DNA of 63,910 bases, the filler included, from Phoronis australis (lineage: Eukaryota; Animalia; Phoronida), in NCBI GenBank assembly GCA_002633005.1. It is 6 parts of 6 records of this genome, joined end to end, with 100 filler letters (N's around TTAATTAATTAA, not from the genome) between each part and the next. Parts side by side here need not be neighbours in the genome. Positions count along the whole stretch, not along the records: positions 27,821 to 56,281 come from NMRA01000914.1; positions 56,382 to 60,085 come from NMRA01002882.1; positions 60,186 to 62,197 come from NMRA01003894.1; positions 62,298 to 63,910 come from NMRA01001735.1; 2 more parts are not named here. One strand, 5' to 3'. The notes under the pieces are model-generated. The model was not told the origin of the DNA. It searched no databases and saw only the letters and a program-made list of their open reading frames with translations. Below are positions 51,923 to 63,359 of this stretch, one piece after another. Both the position numbers and the translations under genes were made by a program. Position 1 is the stretch's first letter, and each line of letters begins with the position of its first letter.

Positions 51923-54536
51923 ATGTTAGGACGTGAAACGGTTTTGCTCCTAATATTTCTTGCGGTAGTCCAAGAAGATGCACTTGTTCTGCCATTGGAC
52001 CCTAAGAACACCAACTCCTCACCTACGGAAAATACGTCCACCAGTGACACATTTTTTGGGGGTCCATGTTTTCACCAGGGAAGGTACTACAAAGACCAAG
52101 AGACGGTGAATGTAGTTGATTGCATACGAACGTTTTGTCAACGAGGTTACATTGTATCAAAGGTAATTTCTGACTGCACAACCACAACCCATCCTGACGG
52201 ATCTTGTATCTACAAAGGGCGTCGATATATGCACAAGGAGGTAATAAGAGAAAAAAACTGTATCCGAACATGGTGCCATCGAGGTTATGTTTTAAAAGAT
52301 AACATACCTGGTTGCACAACTCCACAAATGACTACCACATCACCTCCTGATGGATCTTGTATCTACAAAGGGCGTCGATATATGCACCAGCAAGTAACCA
52401 GAGTACAAAACTGTATCCAAACATGGTGCCACCGAGGCCACATTTTAAAAGATAAAATAGCTGACTGCACAACAACTCCCCAAATGACTACCACATCCCC
52501 TGTTGATGGATCTTGTGTCTACAAAGGTCGTAGATATATGGACGGTGAGGAAATCAGTGTACGAAACTGTATCCGAACATGGTGTCATCGAGGTCGCATT
52601 TTAAAAGATAAAATAGCTGACTGCAGACCAACTCCACAAATGACTACTACAGCCCCTCCTGACGGATCTTGTGTGTACAAAGGGCGTCGATATATGCACC
52701 AGCAAGTAATCAGAGTACAAAACTGTATCCGTACATGCTGCCATCGAGGTCACGTTTTAAAAGATAAAATACCTGGCTGCGCAACAATTCCACAAATGAC
52801 TACTACATCCCCTCCTGACGGATCTTGTGTTTACAAAGGGCGTAGATATATGCACCACCAAGTTATCAGTGTACAAGACTGTATCCGTACATGGTGCCAT
52901 CGAGGTTATATTTTGAAAGATGAAATACATGATTGCACAACTACTCCACAAATGACAACCACACCAACTCCTGAAGGATCTTGTATGTACAATGGGCGTC
53001 GATATATGCACCAGGAGGTAATTAGTGAAAAATACTGTATACGAACATGGTGCCACAGAGGCCACGTTCTAAAAGATGAAATACCTGGTTGCACAACTAC
53101 TCCACAAATGACTACCACTTCACCTCCTGAAGGATCTTGTATGTACAATGGGAGTCGATATATGGATGGTGAGGTAATCAATGTACGAAACTGTATCCGA
53201 ACATGGTGCCACCGAGGCCATGTTTTAAAAGAAGGAATACCTGGTTGCACAACTACTCCACAAATGACTACAACATCTGCTTCTGAAGGATCTTGTATCT
53301 ACAATGGGCATCGATATATGCACCAGGAGGTAATCTACGAAAAGGACTGTGTACAGATATGGTGCAATCGAGGATACGTTGTTACAGTGCCGATTTCTGA
53401 CTGTACAACTACGCCTTTAACTACGCTGTTAAGTACGGGTCGAGTTGGTTGTTATTTTGAAGGCCAGTGGTACGCCTTTGGCGAGATGATCATACAGGAA
53501 GAATGTTTCTCCTATCAATGTGATTATTCTGGCAGCATTCTTGTTTCCGATAATTTTAACTGTTGGGACCGCACAACTGTGACAACATCTACAACCACTG
53601 TAGTAACCACATCCGCTCCTGAAGGATCTTGTATGTACAATGGGCGTCGATATATGCACCAGGAGGTAATTAGTGAAAAAAACTGTATACGAACGTGGTG
53701 CCACCGAGGCCACGTTCTAAAAGATGAAATACCTGGTTGCACAACTACTCCACAAATGACTACCACTTCACCTACTGAAGGATCTTGTATGTACAATGGG
53801 AGTCGATATATGGATGGTGAGGTAATCAGTGTACGAAACTGTATCCGAACATGGTGCCACCGAGGCCATGTTTTAAAAGAAGGAATACCTGGTTGCACAA
53901 CTACTCCACAAATGACTACAACATCTGCTTCTGAAGGATCTTGTATCTACAATGGGCATCGATATATGCACCAGGAGGTAATCTACGAAAAGGACTGTGT
54001 ACAGATATGGTGCAATCGAGGATACGTTGTTACAGTGCCGATTTCTGACTGTACAACTACGCCTTTAACTACGCTGTTAAGTACGGGTCGAGTTGGTTGT
54101 TATTTTGAAGGCCAGTGGTACGCCTTTGGCGAGATGATCATACAGGAAGAATGTTACTCCTATCAATGTGATTATTCTGGCAGCATTCTTGTTTCCGATA
54201 ATGTTAACTGTTGGGACCGCACAACTGTGACAACATCTACAACCACTGTAGTAACCACATCCGCTCCTGAAGGATCTTGTATGTACAATGGGCGTCGATA
54301 TATGCACCAGGAGGTAATTAGTGAAATAAACTGTATACGAACGTGGTGCCACCGAAGCCACGTTCTAAAAGATGAAATACCTGGTTGCACAACTACTCCA
54401 CAAATGACTACCACTTCACCTACTGAAGGATCTTGTATGCACAATGGGAGTCGATATATGGATGGTGAGGTAATCAGTGTACGAAACTGTATCCGAACAT
54501 GGTGCCACCGAGGCCATGTTTTAAAAGAAGGAATAN
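51923..54536 (+). CDS. Secreted protein of 16 tandem four-Cys (half-VWC/Fn1-like) modules with Thr-rich linkers; 3' end lost at an assembly break
   Basis: Stop-free for more than 2.6 kb; ATG 51923 with signal-like MLGRETVLLLIFLAVVQEDALVLP; module GSCxYxGxRYxxxEVIxxxNCIRTWCHRGxVLKxxIPGC plus TTTPQMTTTSPP; 156-bp basic period and 648-bp higher-order period. Confidence 0.9.
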
Positions 54537-55281
54537 TCCAAGGCAAGGACAAGAAACCGGGCTCATCTTGGAATTCTGTGGAAACCATGTAGACTCTGCA
54601 AACACCCATTTCGTTAGTGGTAGCTCGCGTGCCAAGCCTGAAGTGGGGATGCTTGTTGGAATGTCTAAAGTCAACTTACTTTCACAGGAACTCAACAATG
54701 TCAATGCATTTGTGTTCTTTCCTGTTGGATCTGGTGAGTACTACTACTGCTTTGTTTGAATTTGAGGTTATCATGATAGCATTGTAGCGGTAATAGTCAG
54801 TTTTGTGGATACATGATTCGAGAACCAGTTAGCACCGCTAGAAACAACAGATGTTATTCTAATACAGTACCCTGCAATGCAAGTTACTGGTCCCTCCTTT
54901 CAGGAAGATCACAAACTGTGTGACCATGCATGTACCACAGAAATGTACTTGTTTTTGAACATGTAGTATAGACAGAGCTTTGTACACACTGATGAAATTT
55001 AGTAGTCCTATGCCTGCATCACTGTAAACAACTGATTAACAGTCTTGTGTTCCTACGGGCAAATCAGTGATATACCTGCCCTGTCGCCGTTGTTGGAGTC
55101 TAGGCTAGCCTAGAGCTATTCAGTCCACTTACTAGTAGCGTCTTGTGTTAGTTGTAAGTTTAGTCTGAGATTATGTGCACCTAGTGACCTGTACTTGTTG
55201 CAAGCGGAAAATGCAATATCTCATTGACTTTCACTTTTCAACAACCGATATTGTTGTTATGCGTCTTCTTTTTAGTTCATA

Positions 55282-55570
55282 ACAGGAAGTATTTTTTTCT
55301 ATAGATATATTGATGAATGCTGTAGTTATAGCATTATAAATTCCAATTTCAACTGACAACCTGCATGCTGGAATTTCTTTTCACTTCAGCTGTCAGTGAA
55401 TTATGTAATTCTGGAAATCATAGCGTACAGGAAATATTTTTTCTATAGATATATTGATGAATGCTGTAGTTATAGCATTATAAATTCCAATTTTAACTGA
55501 CAACCTGCATGCTGGAATTTCTTTTTACTTCAGCTGTCAGTGAATTATGTAATTCTGGAAATCATAGCGT
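55282..55570. repeat. Direct tandem duplication of ~145 bp
   Basis: ACAGGAA...ATCATAGCGT at 55282-55426 and 55427-55570, nearly identical. Confidence 0.92.
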
Positions 55571-56896
55571 GTCGTTATGTTTTATGAGTTCCACTATGTT
55601 GACATTTGTTGTCTGGATATGATATTCATTTGATGTCCAAAGGAATCCAATCAAACTGGCAAAAATATATCAAGTACCCACAGTGTTTTTTCTTGTTGTA
55701 CTTATGGTCGTTTTACATATTACACTCCATGGGTCAAATGAATTATCTCAGCTAAAATCATTGGATCGCTCAGCGGCAGTCACACCTGTGTAGTGGCTGG
55801 GCTCTGCAAAGTTCTGCAAAAAGTGTATAATTCGAGAGTGTTACAACCTGCCTGTCATTTTTCAGAATGTAGAGCAACAAAGCAGACCCCGCAAGAACTG
55901 CACAGGCGATGAAGACGGATGAGCAGTTACGGGAAGAAGGCTGGCTGACACTACACTAACAGGATAAAGGTTTCTTTTCACGCTTGGCTGCCTTGAACCG
56001 CGCTGGAAAATGGTCAAATGAGGGAGATAATGATCTTGACAGTCAGTGATGTCCAGTAATACTCCGGATTTCATCTTTGTTCGAACATTATACAATCTTT
56101 TGGGTTGTCTGAGTGATTTAACCAGTTGTTATTGATGTGATGTTGTAGAAACTGAGATAAATGCAAAATGCAATATAGCAACACTTGCTGTGATTTTGTC
56201 AGTAAAATTTAGGATGTTTAGTCAGTGTTCTGGTTGAAACTTCGCTGTCCAATTTATTTAAGGATGCTGGTATTTCAGTTTNNNNNNNNNNNNNNNNNNN
56301 NNNNNNNNNNNNNNNNNNNNNNNNNTTAATTAATTAANNNNNNNNNNNNNNNNNNNNNNNNNNNNNNNNNNNNNNNNNNNNAACAGGTATTGCTTTAACT
56401 AGGTGTTCAAGTTTTTACCCAAAGAGCCTCAACATATTGTGCTCACTCTCTAGAGCCTTATTTGAAGAACTATGAATTTTTGGTGCCCATTAAAAGTTGT
56501 AAACCAAATCCGTCTGGGATACGGTTGCAGTCACACTTTATCAAACATATTTCTGGTTGAGCTTGTTCAAAGAGTCTTGGGGGAACTTCTATTTGAATTT
56601 GAAAATGTGATTGTGACATAATAGCTGGTGTTTGAAGAACCAGGATTGCATTTACTGTCATTTGCGTAAGAGCAAAGCACATGTATTTGAGTCTTATTTC
56701 TCTTCTCTAAAGACTCTTTAGTGAAAGCGTAAAGCACAGTGGTTGGCGTTCTGTGTATCTCTACTCACTCCGTTTCTTATATATATTTAATAGTTGATCA
56801 TGTGATTCACCGTTTGCCTTATGTGAACACCGGGCCATTCGTTAGATGTTGTCAGCGACTTACACATCGACCACTGTTCATGAGTGCCTTTTTTAG

Positions 56897-57023
56897 CAGA
56901 GTCGAACCAGCGGGGGTCTTCTACCGAGTCCAAGTGCGGCAGTACGGAGAGAAGAATCTCGCTCCAGATCAGGAAATGCCCATTCTCAAGAGCGCAAGTC
57001 ACGCTTTAGTGACTGGCAAGGAG
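56897..57023 (+). CDS. Arg/Ser-rich low-complexity protein, internal exon A
   Basis: ttttttag|CAG...GGAG|gtatga; 127 nt, phase 0 to 1; QSRTSGGLLPSPSAAVRREESRSRSGNAHSQERKSRFSDWQG. Confidence 0.65.
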
Positions 57024-58478
57024 GTATGACACTCGAACTCAATACTCTGCCTCGCGTGTCCATTAAGTATGCGCAGTAGGTTCTCCAGACAGAGGTCACC
57101 ACGTGCTGATCTTTTGTTGGTATCACACACAGATATTTTGCCACCTGTTGACTACATTTGTACACTTTTACAGTGTCATTTGAACAACAGTTCACACTTG
57201 TACACATTTACAGTGTCCTTTGAACAACTGTTCACACTTCATAACATGATACAACGACTGGCTAGTTTTCTTCTTGGGGTGACAAAAGCAATATATTGTT
57301 TCTTTGACTCCGACTCGAGTTTTCGAAAGATGACGCCTTCACATACAGTTATTGCATAACATTTTCTTGCTCATTCAAGCTGCGACCTGAAACGATCCTA
57401 AGTCCTTGTGTTTACTTAAGTTACTCTGTCATTTCTGGGACTTGGTGAAAGTTCCTATTACATAGATTGTGTTAAACTCTAAAAGCAGCTTGCTGTCCAT
57501 TGAGGGCTGTGCAAACCCTCCTTGTTGCCGCAGTATCAAAAATCTAGGCCTTTGTCAAGTCCCTGTGATAGTTTTGTCAAGCCCCTGGCCCGGAAATGTA
57601 GATCATCGCACGTCTCCTTACTGTCTTCAAGACAATTTGTGCACAGTTTCCTAATCTCAAGCTTTATGTATTGCACCTTTGGCGTATAAAAATTTATGGT
57701 GACACATTGACTAAGCGTGGCCAACAGTGATGCGCACTGGTGGTCAAGCGCATCTCTTTCTAGAATGAACCCGCGAGTCTGCTCTCAACTTAAAGGTGTT
57801 TAGTTGACCATATTTTGAGATTGGATGCAGTCTTCACTGTCTCGCTTCCTCGCTCAGGACCAACGCAGCCCATTGTATTGATTTTGTCTTCCACTTTTAA
57901 ATACCTTCTTTCATTCACATGCATCAATACAGAAGTACAATTTGTCTTTTCCGCGCAATTATGTTTTTTCAGAATCCATAATGATCTTACAGTGATTCAC
58001 CCTTGCCTTGATTTGACTTGGGTTGGCACATAACATTCGCGCACGTGCCAGAAAAGCACTCCACACATTTTATAACCTGCCTGTGTAGTTCTCTACAAAA
58101 GACGCAGTCTCCAATGTACAGAAAAACACAAACATTTTACTGCAGCTACATTGGTTTGTGGCAACTAAAACTGAACTCTAGTGGCCCACTCCAGACAATT
58201 TCAGACATATTTCCAACGTTCTTGCAGTGGATCCCCAAGTGTAGGCCACCTCAGGCACGACACAGCACTCCATTATTGGTAACCGAAATGCTATCTCGCC
58301 CCTCATTCATGGGGTGCCTCTCTGCAGTCTCCTCAACAAATATCCCGAATGTTTGGAGTATGCTCGTTCCCTTGTACATTTCCTTCATAGCCTCCGTGAT
58401 GTCCTCGTCGAATTTTGACTTTGGAATTCCCATTTCCCGCTATTTGCTTATTTTGTGTTTGATCTGATGGTTGCTCAG

Positions 58479-58675
58479 GGGGACATGGTCGTGACTCAGA
58501 CCGACGTCGCAATAACAGCCGAAGTGAGAGGAACTCTGCCACACGCAAATCAGAGTCGAATAAGCAGGGCCAGAAGCCGTCGCCTCAGTCTCGGGACCCC
58601 AGAGGGCGGTCGAGCTCAGAAACCAAGAAGCCACAGGAAGAGTATGATCCGTCACAGCCAACGGATGATCATGAG
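58479..58675 (+). CDS. Arg/Ser-rich low-complexity protein, internal exon B
   Basis: gctcag|GG...GAG|gtagac; 197 nt, phase 1 to 0; GGHGRDSDRRRNNSRSERNSATRKSESNKQGQKPSPQSRDPRGRSSSETKKPQEEYDPSQPTDDHE. Confidence 0.68.
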
Positions 58676-59382
58676 GTAGACCTTTGTTTTACAATACACT
58701 TGCTGTCACTTAATTACTGTCCTTTGTTAGTACATCGTCTTTTGTTCCAGTTTGAAGTAACGCACCATTTTGCTCCTGTGTAAAATAACAGACGTTTCCC
58801 TTGTGAAAAATGACGCAACACTACGTCTTTCTTGGCAGAATATAACTGTCGCTGTCTTCTTGCAGTGTAAAATAGTAGAAACTGTCATTACGGCATTATC
58901 GTGCTGATACAGGTTAATACCCATGGCGCTTTATTGTGTAAGCCAAGGTGGTTGATTGCTTTCCTAAATGGATTAACTTGTGTGAAAGCCATCACTGTTT
59001 TTTGTGCACACATACCACAGTATTAGAATGAGCCAAAAACGACCATTTTGTGTCGTATTTGTCCATATATGGCAAAGTACTGCTGAAGTGACTCCCAAAC
59101 CAAGTGTGGGCATCACCATGTTACTGTGAGATCTGGAAATTTAGTCGGAGGGCGTTAGTTGAACTTAAGTTGTAACCTGTATGGGTGTTGTAAAGTGAAC
59201 TTAACCGACGTCACAATTAAGAGCTAGATCTGATCTGTGGGAAAGTGAAAACGATTCTACCGGTCTTGCATAGAGGCAGAACCTTTTTGGAATTGTCCTT
59301 GATTCTGCTGATTCGTGGATTTTTGGGGGCATGTTGATCAAAATTCTTTTGGAGCTCGCAATGCATATTTGAAACTAAATCC

Positions 59383-59478
59383 GACATTAAGATTGTTTGA
59401 ACTGATCACAATCTGACATTTAGATTATTTGAACTGATCACAATCTGACATTTAGATTGTTTGAACCGATCACAATCT
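59383..59478. repeat. 32-bp tandem repeat, 3 copies
   Basis: GACATTTAGATTGTTTGAACTGATCACAATCT variants at 59383, 59415 and 59447. Confidence 0.9.
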
Positions 59479-59867
59479 AATACATGAAGGCGTACAGATG
59501 GTGAATGAAAAGTTTTGGATTTGCTTTTTTAAGTACTGTTACCTTTTTAAGAAAAGCGTTTTAATTCCTAAAAAGTACTTTAATGACTTTGTAGCAGTTC
59601 TGAGTTATTTCTATTAGAGATGTTCCCTTATGTGACCAGCCTCGTAAAAATTCACCGATTTAGGACTCCATCAAGAATTGACGGTCACTTAGTAAGTCTG
59701 ATGTGTTGTGCAATGATACTAGGGTATTCATTGGATAACTCACTTATTCAATAGATGGTACAACATTTTCGGACCACAATACAGTTTGCAACAGATTTGT
59801 TGTATTTTAAGCACGGCAACATCCTCATTATTTAACTGGTTTGTTTCATTGTTTTTGTCTTCCCTAG

Positions 59868-59969
59868 ACAACTGTGAAGGAGACGTCTTCTGTCAGCACC
59901 AAGTCGCCCAAACGCGACGTCACCAAAGATATGAAAGTGACCATAGAGAACAAAGATAAGAATCCCGAG
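59868..59969 (+). CDS. Arg/Ser-rich low-complexity protein, internal exon C
   Basis: ttccctag|ACA...GAG|gtaaac; 102 nt, phase 0 to 0; TTVKETSSVSTKSPKRDVTKDMKVTIENKDKNPE. Confidence 0.68.
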
Positions 59970-60241
59970 GTAAACAATTGTTGCTTCACTGTGGAATTTT
60001 GCATGCTTCCAACTGGCATTGCTTCGTATTTTGAATTCCATAATGTAAATATCGCGTATGAAGTATAGATATGCAATTTAGTCAGNNNNNNNNNNNNNNN
60101 NNNNNNNNNNNNNNNNNNNNNNNNNNNNNTTAATTAATTAANNNNNNNNNNNNNNNNNNNNNNNNNNNNNNNNNNNNNNNNNNNNGTATCGAAATATGTT
60201 TGAGTCTCATTTCTGTAAACAACCTGTTTCTGCTTCTACAG

Positions 60242-60479
60242 TCCAATCAAGCTTTGGTCACTAACCAGACAACAGCGGAGAAAGTGAGGAATTCTCAGCA
60301 AGTCACAGGCCAGCTTACAAACGATGTAGTGGCACTGCTCGGCCAATCAGAAAGGGTTTTACAAAATGCCCAGACTGCACATGCTCAGGCTGAGGCAGCC
60401 AGCCAATTAGAAGCTGACACATTCAGAAGGGCAGAAGAAATGTTGTTAGTAATGAAGGAGTTTGATCAACAATCAACAG
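60242..60479 (+). CDS. Laminin gamma-like coiled coil, exon A
   Basis: ttctacag|TCC...ACAG|gtaaca; 238 nt, phase 0 to 1; ends EADTFRRAEEMLLVMKEFDQQST, resembling the laminin gamma1 'TLQEANDILNNLKDFD' region. Confidence 0.8.
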
Positions 60480-60904
60480 GTAACATTTTGTAGACTTTAT
60501 TGCCATTACACATTTTTTTAATTTACAGATATTGTAATTTAATTTTAGTGGTTGTCGCTAGTAATTTTCATGGAAAGGCTATACTGTATTAATTTTATAG
60601 ATTTGAAGATTATAGCCAAGTCATAAGTTTATTAGTAATTTGTCGGGAGAATTGGTATCAGGGTTATGAAAGTGGATAAAAAGCGGTTAATTGAATTGTA
60701 GATGTAGAAATTTTTGGAATATTTGACTAATTTAAATGATTAATGACACATCAATTTGACATTTTTCACCTTTTTGTGAGTTGTGCATCACAGAGACTTG
60801 CCTTTAGTCTGTCTTTTCAGTCCGTAATATTATTGCTATAAGTGACTGCAACATTATAGCATTTTCAGTACTTCAGCGGTTATCTTGTTATTTTGTTGCC
60901 ACAG

Positions 60905-61083
60905 AAGCGGAGAATACGGCCAATGAGTCTCTACAACAAGTGACGAGTGTTAGGAGTCTGAGTGAGGCGGCCATTGTTAGCGCTGGAAATCTACGGAACT
61001 CTCTGACAACCACACAAGAAAGCTCTCGTCTAGCCAGTCAAATTGCGCAGCAAGCAAGATTGACAGCTCAAGCCATTAAACAA
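60905..61083 (+). CDS. Laminin gamma-like coiled coil, exon B
   Basis: gccacag|AA...CAA|gtgagc; 179 nt, phase 1 to 0; EAENTANESLQQVTSVRSLSEAAIVSAGNLRNSLTTTQESSRLASQIAQQARLTAQAIKQ. Confidence 0.8.
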
Positions 61084-61750
61084 GTGAGCTGGGGGCGGGG
61101 CTTGATGACATGTTAACTGTTGTTGGATTTTATTAGTTCCTTCCCATAATTCCTTGATGGTGCTGCCATGGGACATGGGTTTTGAATTGGTCATATTTCT
61201 GTGCCACTTAATGGCGTTGACAAATCCCACACTTCATTTGTTCTTTTTCCATCATGCCATTTTTTCAGAGACAGAGTGTCATTGATGTATGGTGTGATCG
61301 TTTGGCCACTGGATCATCTTTGGATATTTATTCAACTTTAATATTGTCTTTTGTTGTTTTTACAGTGAGGTCTTGACATGTGTTTAGAGGGACTGTTTGT
61401 GGTTCAGGGTTCTATCTTAGCAATAATCCAAGCTTGGTACAAGTTGTCCATTAGGTTTTGGTATCTTTATCTTCCTTTTTCCTTAGTCACAAAAACAGCA
61501 TAGTTATTCATTTTCCCCATTGTGAGCAGGCCATTAGTATTTTTACAGCAAAATAATACAAAATAATAGCTCTCATACATTACTACTTCAATCATTTACG
61601 TTAAAATGGATTTTTCAAACTTGGATCAAGAATTTAACTATGACTGAAGTTTTCCATGGTGCAACATCATGATTGATTGCATGTAGGGAAAATGTTGTGG
61701 TTTGTGAATTGTGAAAACTTGACCTTAAAAAAACCACCATTCTGTTTTAG

Positions 61751-62197
61751 CAACTGACAATCGTGACGAATACCGCCACTGACCTGGAGGCGTCTGCTGG
61801 AAATGTACTCAATGACCTCTCCACCATGTCCAATAACATCAAGTCTAAAGACACAACAGTTGTCCAGCCAGTTGGTCAATATCTTGCTACACAGAAAGCC
61901 AGCATTGATCAAATGGTGTCAGGGGCAGGTCAAGCGAAGACCACGGCCGATATCATCGGGTCAACGGTGACAAACAGTCAAATATCAGTCACCACACTAC
62001 AGCAACAACTGTTGTTGCTGGGATCTCTAGACACCGATGCCATCGCCGCCCTGGTGGCGGATGTGGCACGTATGGAGAGCGAGTTTAATGCAAATGATGT
62101 GAGGACTGCCGTGCGTGGTGTGATTGACGGGTACAAGGTACAGCAGAAGTGGATTGAAGAGATGACTGCCAAGAAGGATGTGCTAAAACAAGAACTG
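61751..62197 (+). CDS. Laminin gamma-like coiled coil, exon C (cut by spacer)
   Basis: gttttag|CAA; ...QQLLLLGSLDTDAIAALVADVARMESEFNANDVRTAVRGVIDGYKVQQKWIEEMTAKKDVLKQEL parallels the laminin gamma C-terminal heptads. Confidence 0.8.
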
Positions 62198-63140
62198 NNN
62201 NNNNNNNNNNNNNNNNNNNNNNNNNNNNNNNNNNNNNNNNNTTAATTAATTAANNNNNNNNNNNNNNNNNNNNNNNNNNNNNNNNNNNNNNNNNNNNCCC
62301 CCCCCGTAGATCCGCCTCTGAATCCTGTCAATTGGCCTCTTGTACAAGCTTTTCACTCCCAGTATTTGTCATCACCACTATTTCGGCTCGCCGGTGGTTT
62401 TCGAGTCCGTCATCATCGACAATGGTTTCACCGTCGTTATCGTCTTCGGTGTTAGCGTCGTCTCCGTTGTTGACACGTAGGCGTCAGTGTCGTCGCTTTG
62501 CTCGCATCCGTCCTCGGTATCGTTGCCTTCGTCCTAGTCGAATCTGTCAAGTGGCGCTTTCAGTTTCAAGTTATACGCCTTCAGAAATTTGTTTCTGTTC
62601 CTTAAGGCAGCTTCTAACCCAGATTTTTGAATTTACATTTTCACGTTGATTGGCATTTTAATAAATTTAATTCGAAGTTGTTATTTTGTAATTAATAAAC
62701 CTTCACCGAATGGGGTCTGTTTCATTAACTTTTCAACGTTTTACACATGCAGCAGTCTAAAGTTCAAAACAAAGATCGGTCGCACGTTTTGGTGTTAGTC
62801 CTCGTTTCGACTGTGTGTAACAAACGTCATCAACTAAAATGATAAAATCATACCCAGTGGTCCTATCGATATGTTGCTTAAGGAAGAAGCGACAGTGAGA
62901 GTACAAGGACTTCAGAGAATTGGAATCTTTAGTTGAACCAAACCAGCCAACCTTAGAGCTTGGTGTCAAGAGTTAACCAAGATTACAGCAGGCTTTGCAG
63001 TAGAAGAAAGCATGGTCATAGCCTATTTTGCCGAAAAATCCACAGGATAGCTACCGACTAATAAAAGCGTCATCTAGACAAGACGGAAATGTGCAACTTT
63101 CGTCCACAAGTCTTAACCACCTGGCGTTGAAGTCCTGCCA

Positions 63141-63290
63141 TCTGTTCAGTAATGCTAGGACTTCGATAAAAAGCAAGACTTCGCGAGATTACGTGAGAAA
63201 TTTGCCGTGTATTTTTAATGAGAGCACGTGACTTTGACTAGCTTTTAGCTAGTTCCTAGCGTAGTCTAGGTCCTATCGTTACTGAACGCA
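63141..63290. mobile_element. PIF/Harbinger-like MITE (family also at 14457)
   Basis: GTTCAGTAATGCTAGGAC / GTCCTATCGTTACTGAAC inverted ends; core shared with 14457-14604. Confidence 0.65.
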
Positions 63291-63359
63291 TGTATCCGTT
63301 CTTACATAATTGTGTATGTTCTAAGAAAAATGGGTTATGTCTCGACTGTTGCATGGCGT

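Noticed and set aside
52023-54609. Repeated minus-strand ORFs
   Set aside because: Antisense shadows of the plus-strand repeat exon.
56740-56880. Merlin/IS1595-like transposase fragment (EQWSMCKSL...RQTVNHMINY) on minus
   Set aside because: The resemblance rests on a short TVNH motif with a stop right after and no TIRs; too weak without a search.
58251-58433. Minus-strand 60-aa ORF (MGIPKSKFDEDITEAMKEMYKG...)
   Set aside because: Coding-like but has no clear splice sites or family motif, and lies in an intron of the plus-strand gene.
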